A stretch of 64,000 nt of DNA, taken from the NCBI GenBank assembly GCA_020184695.1, contig JAANOX010000232.1:222093-286092 (forward strand), in the 5' to 3' direction. Source of the DNA: Histomonas meleagridis 2922-C6/04-290x (lineage: Eukaryota; Protista; Parabasalia). Positions 1 through 9,000 of this stretch are shown piece after piece. The position numbers were made by a program, and so were the translations under genes. The notes below the pieces were generated by a model that saw nothing but the letters and a program-made list of their open reading frames with translations, made no database searches and had not been told where the DNA came from. The stretch's first letter is position 1. Each line of letters opens with the position of its first letter.

Positions 1-1296
1 ATATGTAAATGAATTATGTAAAACTGAATACAAAAGAATTTTATCTTTAGTTAATGCAATTAATGAATCATTTTTAATGTATTTATAATTTATAATTTCT
101 GTCTCATCAAAAAGAATCGTTTTGTCTTCGGAATTATTAATTTCGATTTTATATAACGACTCATTCGAATATATAATTAAAATGTTTTTGCTTAAGAAAA
201 ACATTTCATTAATTGGCAAATCAAATGAAAACATTGAAATAAATTCGTGATTTTCATTAATAACACATATTTCACCTGTGGAACTTTCATATGCTATTTG
301 TTCGAAGTCAGTTGTATATTTGTTTTGTTTGGATAATGACGGAATTCTTAAATCTTTGGAAATAATTAATTCTCCATTTTGTACTTCTAAATCTAAAAGT
401 TTGTAATCTTCTGTAAGAATATAAATCCCATCTTTATGAGGATAATATGATTTAGGATGACTTTCGTTGAGTAAAATAGAATTTGATGCATTAAAACTGT
501 CGTCTGCCAATTGAAAAAGTGAAAATGAATTGTCACTTTTTTGGGAGATGATAAATGGAGTAACATCAGAATTAGTAAAAACTCTTGTGAAATATGATGA
601 ACTTTTCTCGGTGTTATTAACTACTTGGATGACAGAATCTATGTGCGTATTTAAAAAATGTATTTGACTTGGTGATGTAGCTATGAACATGTCAAGAGAA
701 TTTGTATAGAATATATCAACTATTGGATCAAACTCAAGGAGTTGAAGAAAACTTTCTACAATTTGCATTGGCTTGTTTTTGTCTTCTCTTATTAATTGAC
801 ATACATCACCCGTTTTGGATAACACAAGTGCAATGTTATTATTTGTTGGGCATAGTACAAACTTTTCAACATGAAAAGAAGCCGGGAAATTGATCTTCCA
901 GTCAATTGTATAACGTGGTGAATTGTGATTTAAAGAAAGTTTGTAATGAATTAATTGATCATTATTAGAAATAACAAAAATTGAGCATGGGAAACAATTG
1001 TCAAAATAAACAAGTTTTGCAGAAAATGAAAAAACAAAAATGTCATGAGTTTGAGCATCATAAAAATATAATTTTTGATCAGCAATTGCTAAAGCATGTA
1101 TTTTTTGGGAATAAGGACTTTCATTTATGGTAAGAAAATCACATGGAGTTTCTATGAAAAATGATGAATCAAATTCTAGTGAAGGTAATTTATATTTGTA
1201 TAAATAAATCTGGTTATTTACCGAAAACGTAATATAGCTGCTCCCAATTGCAGCTTTATCAATTAATCCAAAAGATACAGAAGGGATGAAATTCAA
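1..1296 (-). CDS. Hypothetical protein, 3'-partial (runs off window start); not in the ORF track
   Basis: My manual translation of the minus strand is stop-free from 1296 (TTG; first in-frame ATG at 768) down to base 1: ...FIPSVSFGLIDKAAIGSSYITFSVNNQIYLYKYKLPSLEF...MFIATSPSQIHFLN...LLYSVLHNSFTY. Composition is beta-strand-rich and the start is uncertain. Confidence 0.6.
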   Translation of the reverse strand, partial: MNFIPSVSFGLIDKAAIGSSYITFSVNNQIYLYKYKLPSLEFDSSFFIETPCDFLTINESPYSQKIHALAIADQKLYFYDAQTHDIFVFSFSAKLVYFDNCFPCSIFVISNNDQLIHYKLSLNHNSPRYTIDWKINFPASFHVEKFVLCPTNNNIALVLSKTGDVCQLIREDKNKPMQIVESFLQLLEFDPIVDIFYTNSLDMFIATSPSQIHFLNTHIDSVIQVVNNTEKSSSYFTRVFTNSDVTPFIISQKSDNSFSLFQLADDSFNASNSILLNESHPKSYYPHKDGIYILTEDYKLLDLEVQNGELIISKDLRIPSLSKQNKYTTDFEQIAYESSTGEICVINENHEFISMFSFDLPINEMFFLSKNILIIYSNESLYKIEINNSEDKTILFDETEIINYKYIKNDSLIALTKDKILLYSVLHNSFTY

Positions 1297-1351
1297 GGTT
1301 TTTGGTTTGTGAGATAATAAAAATGTAAATATTTAAACATTCAAATTAAAA

Positions 1352-2995
1352 ATGTCAATATTGGTAAACGGCCCCTATATCAGAAAGGCGGGGAAAATTG
1401 TAATGGGAGCTTTGTTCTCCATACCATTCAACTTTTTTTATGATACAAAACAATTACAGCCATTAGATGAGAACTGTGATCTCAGCAAGGAAAAAATTGA
1501 TTCAATAGTTTCAAGTTTTGATGACAACGATTACGAAGGACATATTGACAATCCAACATGGGGAGATCCTTGTGGACTTTACCTTGAGGGCTTAAAGCGT
1601 AGTTGGGACTCGAAAAGCTTTGAACAATTTTTACAAAAAAATCAAATTCCTTATCTCAAAGTTTCAAAGAAGAAAGGTGATAACTACGGGCTAATTTATT
1701 TTGATAACAACAAAGACAGAAAAAAGGCATATAAAATGCTTACGGTAGAAAGATTCCAAGAAAAATTATTCTATGTAAATCCACTTCATAAAAACCTATC
1801 AAAGACAATTGAAGAATGTCATAAAAAGTACAAATTAAATAAGGTTTCCAAAAGTATTGTTGATCGTGTTACTCCATGGCTTAAAATTGATTATCAAGAA
1901 CAAATTCGACAAAAAATTCTTAAATGTACAAAGTTGCTCAGTCCAATAACGCAACATATAACAATTAATGTAGTTCCTGCACCTAAGCTTCAATATTATT
2001 CAAATGATGTTGAACTTACAATTGGCTATGACCAAAACCATAATGTTTGTATTGGATTTAATAATGGTCCTAAACTTAGTAATTACATTTCTCCAATAAA
2101 TGAATGTGTTAATGTCCCTGAAAATGCATTTCCACTTAGTGAAAGAATTCTCGATTTCATAAAGAATTCAGGAATTCCTCCATTTGATAAAGTTAATGTA
2201 ACAGGGACATGGAAATTTGTTCGAATCAGAGTTAACTCATTTGGGGAAGTTATGTTATCAATTGTAACTTATGGAATTATTAACACATCAATTATTTCCA
2301 GATTTAAAAGTTTATTTCATGACATAAATTCATTGTATTGGATTGAGACTAAATCAATCGAATCTTATGGAAAAGATTGTGTTTTTCATCATATAAATGG
2401 GTTTCAATCCATAAAAGAAAATATTTTTAATTTAGAATTCCAAATTTTCCCAAACACAATATTCCCAACATTTTTGGAAGGTAATGAACTTCTTTTAAGA
2501 CAAATTATTGATAATATTGATAATCAATCAATTGTAATAGATATTGATTCAGGAATTGGAACTTATACATTTCCAATTTCTTTACATGTTCAAAGAGTTA
2601 TTGCATTTGAACCTAATCAAGAACTTTTTGAGCAAGCCAAAAGAATTCAAAGAATTAATAATATAAAAAACGTTCAATTGTTTAATGGTTATTTCGAAGA
2701 TCAAATTAAAAGTGTTTTATTAAATAATGATACCCAAAATATTGTAGTATTAGTTCATCCTCCTCAATCGGGCCTTAGAAAGAGAACTCTTTCTTCAATA
2801 AGATCAACAAAGAAAATTAATAACATCGTATACGTGACGAGTAACCCTGATATGTTAGTGTCTGAATGGAATTCTTCATTTGGAAAAGAAAGTAATAATT
2901 ATAATTGCGAGCCATTCGAATTTAATAAATGCGTAGGAGTCGATCTTTTCCCGAATACAGAAAGAGTTGAAGTCGTTGTATCATTCCAGCGATAA
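1352..2995 (+). CDS. TRM2: tRNA (uracil-5-)-methyltransferase TRM2/TRMT2A-like protein, probably catalytically inactive
   Basis: N-terminal RRM-like segment (FLQKNQIPYLKVSKK...YGLIYF), IDIDSGIG motif I, HPPQSG, YVTSNP and DLFPNTERVE are collinear with TRMT2A motifs DVCCGTG, DPPRAG, YVSCNP and DLFPQTPHCE. Confidence 0.85.
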   Translation: MSILVNGPYIRKAGKIVMGALFSIPFNFFYDTKQLQPLDENCDLSKEKIDSIVSSFDDNDYEGHIDNPTWGDPCGLYLEGLKRSWDSKSFEQFLQKNQIPYLKVSKKKGDNYGLIYFDNNKDRKKAYKMLTVERFQEKLFYVNPLHKNLSKTIEECHKKYKLNKVSKSIVDRVTPWLKIDYQEQIRQKILKCTKLLSPITQHITINVVPAPKLQYYSNDVELTIGYDQNHNVCIGFNNGPKLSNYISPINECVNVPENAFPLSERILDFIKNSGIPPFDKVNVTGTWKFVRIRVNSFGEVMLSIVTYGIINTSIISRFKSLFHDINSLYWIETKSIESYGKDCVFHHINGFQSIKENIFNLEFQIFPNTIFPTFLEGNELLLRQIIDNIDNQSIVIDIDSGIGTYTFPISLHVQRVIAFEPNQELFEQAKRIQRINNIKNVQLFNGYFEDQIKSVLLNNDTQNIVVLVHPPQSGLRKRTLSSIRSTKKINNIVYVTSNPDMLVSEWNSSFGKESNNYNCEPFEFNKCVGVDLFPNTERVEVVVSFQR

Positions 2996-3223
2996 ATAAA
3001 TTTTTATAGTTTTGTCGAAACAAAAGCAACTTTTGAATGTTTTCTTTATGAGCATAACAAAAACCATAAAATTTAAGAATTTTTTTTTATCAATTATGAT
3101 TGTTTTTAAGTCTTAGAACGACCAAAGAAACTTCTTTTTTTGTCTGTTCAAAAACAAAAATTTTGCATTGAATTATTATAGTAAACAATTGAAAAAATTC
3201 AATTGCGAAGAGATCACAATTTA

Positions 3224-3234
3224 TCATTTCATTT
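3224..3234 (+). promoter_or_regulatory. Trichomonad initiator (Inr)-like element
   Basis: TCATTTCATTT 16-26 nt upstream of the RPS30 ATG, matching the TCA(T/C)(T/A) Inr consensus. Confidence 0.5.
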
Positions 3235-3249
3235 TCTTAATATAGAGAA

Positions 3250-3438
3250 ATGGGTAAAGTACATGGTTCACTCGCTCAAGCAGGAAAGGTTCGCTCTAAC
3301 ACTCCAAAGGTTCCAAAGATGGAAAAGGAAAAGCCAGTACGTGGTCGAGCAGCAATGAGGAAGCATTATAACAAATATTATCTTTCAATGAACCCTGATG
3401 CTAAGCACAAAGTTGGTCCAAACTCACAAAATAAATAA
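3250..3438 (+). CDS. RPS30: 40S ribosomal protein S30 (eS30)
   Basis: MGKVHGSLAQAGKVRSNTPKVPK...RGRAAMRKHYN is the eS30 signature. Confidence 0.97.
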   Translation: MGKVHGSLAQAGKVRSNTPKVPKMEKEKPVRGRAAMRKHYNKYYLSMNPDAKHKVGPNSQNK

Positions 3439-3909
3439 ACAATAAATAATTTTATAAAATAAGTTATGACATGTATTCACTTCAATTATTCAATCTCTAT
3501 GTATCTATGAAATATATTAACATGTGAGAAGCTTTTGATGGCTTAATATAGATCAAATAAGTCATGAGTATAAAATTCTTTGTGATATTTTGTTTCATCC
3601 TTCTATAAATTGTTGTGAAGTTTACTTAAACGTTCAAAAAAATAACGTTCATTAGCTTCTGCAAAATTCCCATCGCAATCTATTGCTCAAGAAAACATTT
3701 CTTTCGTGCAAAACGAACCGTTAATTCGGCAGAATTCAAAACCAAATGCAATCCCAGGTGTTTAAACTTCGTACAATATTTTTTTATCTTCACACGCCAG
3801 AAAAACTGATTTTGCACAATTTTCCTTAAATGTAATCATACCTGTCATCTGCCATTCATTATGTTCTTCTTTTGACTGATTTATTTAAACCTTATTTTTT
3901 GAAACTCAA

Positions 3910-5676
3910 ATGTGGACCATTTTCCCTATTTGTCTCATGTTTCTCATGTCCTCATGCCACTTTTGCAACAAATGTATTACTCCTCAAATTTCGTCCAATA
4001 ATTATTCATTTTTAAATGTTCAAAAAAACAAAACACATGTTTTTTTAATACATGATGAATACAACTGTCTTTATACAATAAGCCTTCATTGTCTAAATAA
4101 TGATTTTAGTGAAATTTCTTCCATTTTTTTAAATTTATCAAATAATTTTTATTATATAAAGACAAAAGTTCTTCACTTTTTACCATTAATTTGGCATCCG
4201 AACCCTTCGTTTTTACGCTGGTTGTTTCCTTCAAAATCTTGTATTTTTTCAGATCATACATATATATTTCATCGCAATAAAAATTTAGAAAATGGACCTC
4301 TCATCGGATGTTTAGTGGTCTTGTTCTTAACATTTATTCGAATATTTTCATTTTTCATAAAAAATGTTTCCAAATCCAAAACAAAAAATTTCCATGTTTT
4401 TATTTTTATTTTGTTTTCCTTAAATACATCGAGATGCTATGAAAATGGAACACTTTTAATCTATAATGAAAATGATTTCACAAATGAGTGTTCATCTTCA
4501 ACAATTTTTGTAATTGTTGGAGGTAACTTAAGTATTCCGAGTGGAGAATTTAGTGAATATCCACTTCTGGAAAATGTTTACATTGGCGATTCAATTACAT
4601 CTATTGGAGGTTATGCTTTTTGCAATTGCCCCAAATTGGGAAATGTTATCATTGGAAACAATGTTAAGGAAATAGGATCTTCAACATTCTCATTTTGCCC
4701 AAAGTTATTAAGCATCACAATTCCAGATTCAGTTACATCTATTGGAGGTTCTGCTTTTTGTAATTGTTCTGATTTGGAAACACTTATCATTGGAAAGAAT
4801 ATAAAGGAAATAGGAGACAGCGCATTTTCATTGTGCTCAAGTTTAAAATGTTTTTATTTTTATGGGACAAAAGAACCAATTATTGGGGATGGTGCTTTTT
4901 ATAATTTTTCAACAACAGTTATGGTATCACTGGAATATGTGGATGAAAATTTTGGACATTTATATATAACATCAGAAACAATTGAAGGGTGTTCACCAAT
5001 CGTTACAAACACATTTTCGAATTCAAATACGCTTACCAAATCAAACACATTTACTAATTCACATACGCTTACCAAATCAAACACATTTACTAATTCACAT
5101 ACGCTTACCAAATCAAACACATTTTCGAATTCGAACACGTTCACTAAGTCAAATACACATCATTCATCAAATGCTGTTACTGCTTCATTTCCAATTTTAA
5201 CAACTTTTTCGAATTCATTTACTTTAACGCATTCAATTTTGCGCACACAAACAATTACTATTTATTATATAACGCTCACAGATTCAACTTCAGTCTCTTT
5301 TATTAATTCGGCGTTTACATATTTTCACACGTCATTTGTTTATTATGAATACGTAGTAATTTCATATTCCACAGTTTATGTTTTTTATTCGAATTTTTAT
5401 ACATATTTTTATTTAAGTGATTTGCAACCAAATAATTCTAACACAACAATTATTATAATCGTAGTGTGTGTGATAATTGTAGTAATTGTTATTATATTTT
5501 TGTTAATTATATTGTTAATTAAATATAAGAAAACAATGAAAACAAAACAAGAATCAAGTAGTCAAAGTAACGCACCTGAAATTGATACAGTTGCGAACTG
5601 TTCAACAATATCTGATGTTAAAGAGGATCCATTCGCAGATGACTTTAAAGAAGAAAAGTTTATAAATCAATTATAA
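3910..5676 (+). CDS. BspA-like leucine-rich-repeat surface protein (LRR, S/T stalk, TM, cytoplasmic tail)
   Basis: TpLRR repeats (IGDSITSIGGYAFCNC, IPDSVTSIGGSAFCNC), T/S-rich stalk, I/V-rich TM helix, tail EDPFADDFKEEKF. The true start is probably the out-of-frame ATG at 4394 (see findings). Confidence 0.9.
   Translation: MWTIFPICLMFLMSSCHFCNKCITPQISSNNYSFLNVQKNKTHVFLIHDEYNCLYTISLHCLNNDFSEISSIFLNLSNNFYYIKTKVLHFLPLIWHPNPSFLRWLFPSKSCIFSDHTYIFHRNKNLENGPLIGCLVVLFLTFIRIFSFFIKNVSKSKTKNFHVFIFILFSLNTSRCYENGTLLIYNENDFTNECSSSTIFVIVGGNLSIPSGEFSEYPLLENVYIGDSITSIGGYAFCNCPKLGNVIIGNNVKEIGSSTFSFCPKLLSITIPDSVTSIGGSAFCNCSDLETLIIGKNIKEIGDSAFSLCSSLKCFYFYGTKEPIIGDGAFYNFSTTVMVSLEYVDENFGHLYITSETIEGCSPIVTNTFSNSNTLTKSNTFTNSHTLTKSNTFTNSHTLTKSNTFSNSNTFTKSNTHHSSNAVTASFPILTTFSNSFTLTHSILRTQTITIYYITLTDSTSVSFINSAFTYFHTSFVYYEYVVISYSTVYVFYSNFYTYFYLSDLQPNNSNTTIIIIVVCVIIVVIVIIFLLIILLIKYKKTMKTKQESSSQSNAPEIDTVANCSTISDVKEDPFADDFKEEKFINQL
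5029..5123 (+). repeat. Coding 36-bp tandem repeat (12-aa TLTKSNTFTNSH units) in the BspA stalk
   Basis: ACGCTTACCAAATCAAACACATT starts at 5029, 5065 and 5101. Confidence 0.9.
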
Positions 5677-6025
5677 TAAAAATAGTAATTTAGTAAATAT
5701 ATAAAATCGTAAATTTCCTTTTTTGATTTTTCATTTTACGCAAAATTGAAATAGAAAATTTTCTGATATTAAAATGTGAATTTATATAAAAGAATAATTT
5801 AGTCCAACTTAACGTAAAATTTAATACAAAGTTTAAAAAAATCTATTAAAAACATTCAACAGATCGTAAATTTCCTTTGAATGAGTGCTGTGTCTTTGAT
5901 GTGCCTATATGTCAATATGGTTTGGGAATCGTTTTGGTACAGAATTTATTCCTTTGATAAATACCGATTCAATGCAAAAAAATTGGCAATGAAATTTCAA
6001 TTGAACCAAATGACATTTTACCAGA

Positions 6026-9000
6026 ATGCAAGAATTGGTTGTAGATCGTACATACGATCTAAATGACCCACGTGCATTTATGCACCCTGACACCATGCGT
6101 GAGCGTGGCTTTGAAAATGGAAATATCTTGCGTTTGACTTCAAAATCAAATCACAATGCTCTTGTTTCAGTATATGGTCGAGATAATATAAGTGATCCCA
6201 GTAAAATTCAAATACCAAAGTATTTACGTCTCCAGCTTCATACATTTTTAGGTGATTCAATTCAGGTTTCTCAATACAATAATTGTGGTGAAGCCGAATC
6301 TGTAACATTATCTTTAATTGAAGACACAGCATTTGGAGTTACTGGTGATTTTACAGATGTTTTAACGGATGCGATTTCTAAATTCCCAATAATTTATACT
6401 GGACTTGTTATTCCAGTTTATGCCTACCAACGTGTTTTAGAGTTCAAAGTCACAGAATTTTCACCAAGTGATGCAGGTGCTGTTTATGTTCGAAATTCCA
6501 GAATTTTACATGTAACAGATTACTTTATAGATAGAGATGATTCTCCAAAAATGGACACTTTAACATTTGAAGATTTTGGAGGTTACAAAGATCAAATTAC
6601 ACAACTTCGAAAATCTATTGAACTTCCATTTTCTCAACCAAACTTCCAAACAAAGACAATTCTTATAAAAGCTTCGAATGGAATGGGTAAAACCATGTTA
6701 TCTAAAATCATACCCAATGAAACGCCGTCCAAATTTTTCTATATTCCTGGTCTTAATGTTATTTCACTTTCTCAAACAGAAATATCGTCCTACATTACCA
6801 ACATCATTCGGCAAAGTCAGAATAGTTTACCATCCATTATTTATTTTGATGATATTGATTGTTTTGTTTCAGATTATTTACTACGGCCAATTATTGATTC
6901 AATTTTTAAACGTCTCACATCAACGAATCAAATGTTATTTATTGCCACAGCAAAATCTGAAGACAATCTTCCAACCTTTAATGAAGTTATATCCTTTGAT
7001 AACCCTACAGAAATGGATCGATTATTAATATTACAATCTATTACACGTAAAATGTATATTCCACATCCAAGTACAATCTATGAAATTTCCGATCAATGTC
7101 AAAACATGAAACCATCGCAAATGTCATCGTTATGTTTAGACACGTTTTTAAACAAAATAGATCAAGTAATTAATGAATTTAATATTCTTGATCCAGTTAT
7201 AACAATTCGAACATTACAAAAACTTAAAGTTGGTAAAGATAAACCAAAGCCAGAAGAATTATTTAATAATAAATTTAATCGTAGTCCATTAGCACTTGAA
7301 AAGAATATTCCATTTGATGATGATTATGATTTACAATTTGGACGAATGGATGAAAACAATAAAAAGAAACATCGAAAGAAGATTAACACTACAAATAATT
7401 CATTAGATTTATTTAATGAATTTTCTAACTCACAAAATGAATTTGTTGATGATATATTTGGTGATAAACTTCATTCTAATGAAACTAGTAATGATCCATT
7501 TAGTGATTTACAAATTAATCAAGATCAAAATCATAATGACATTGATCCATTTGAACAATTTACACGTTCAAGTAACAAAGAAAATAATAACAACGAGAAT
7601 AATGCTGATGAAAATGATCCATTTAAAGAACTCAGCAAAACTAATGATGATAATGATATTGATCCATTTAAACAATTTGATCTTAAACAAACGAATGATG
7701 AAGATAATTCACAAGATATTGATGATCCATTTTTGAATTTATCTCCAACAAATAATAATAAAAGTAAAGAAGAAACTTCAAATAATAACAATGAAGTTAA
7801 TGATGATATCTTTAATGCATTTACTAAAAAAGATGAAACACAAAATATTGATCCATTTGCTAATGTAAAATTCGAAAATGTTAATACAACAAATCAAAGT
7901 AATATTGATCCATTTGATAACTTACAACTTATAAATAATTCACCACAACAAAATAATGTAAAATTCGATAACATTAATACTACAAATCAAAACAATGATC
8001 AATTTACTAATTTACAATTAGTAAATGATAAAGATAATGACCCGTTCCACTCAATCAATATGAAAAAAGATGCAAGTGATCATTCATTAAAATTCGATAA
8101 AGATTCAAATCCATTCGCAACTGTTTCTCCAAATATTAGTAATAAGAAAAAGGAAAATCCATTCGATAAAATTTCAAATAGTAATAAGCAAACAGCAGCA
8201 AATCCATTCACTACATTCAGTAAACAAGTTCCAGAAAACCAAAGTAAATTAAAAGACGCAAATCCATTCGCTTCAATACAAATTAAAGGTTTGGATAAGA
8301 AACAATCAAATGATCCATTCGCAAATGCAACTAAACAAACTAAAGATGATCCATTTGCAACTACGCCTAAAAAGAATGCACAAGATCCATTCGCAACTAC
8401 ACCTAAGCAAACTAAAGATCCTTTCGCTAATGTATCAAAGAAGAATACAAGTGATCCATTCGCAAGTGCACCTAAACCAACAAAAGATGATCCGTTCGCT
8501 AATGTTTCAAAGAAAAGTACAAATGATCCATTCGCTAATGCTACTAAGCAAACTAAAGATGACCCGTTCGCAAGCGCATCGAAAAAGAGTACACAAGATC
8601 CGTTTTCAAGCGCACCTAAGCCTTCGAATGATGATCCTTTTGCAAGCGTTTCTAAAAAGAATAATGATCCATTCGAATCAGCAAGTAAAAAGTCAAACGA
8701 CCCATTTGCAGCATTCAATCAAAAGAAGAGCACAAACGATGACCCGTTCGCAAGCGCATCCAAGCCTCCGAATGATGATCCATTTGCACCCACAGATGAT
8801 CCATTCGCAAGTGCGTCTAAGCCAACGAAAGATGATCCATTCGCATCAGCAAGCAAAAAGTCAAATGATCCATTCGCAAGTGCATCTAAAAAGAGCGAAC
8901 AAGATCCATTCGCAACCACGCCTAAGCCTTCTAATGATGATCCATTCGCATCAGCAAGCAAAAAGTCAAATGATCCATTCGCAAGTGCGTCTAAAAAGAG

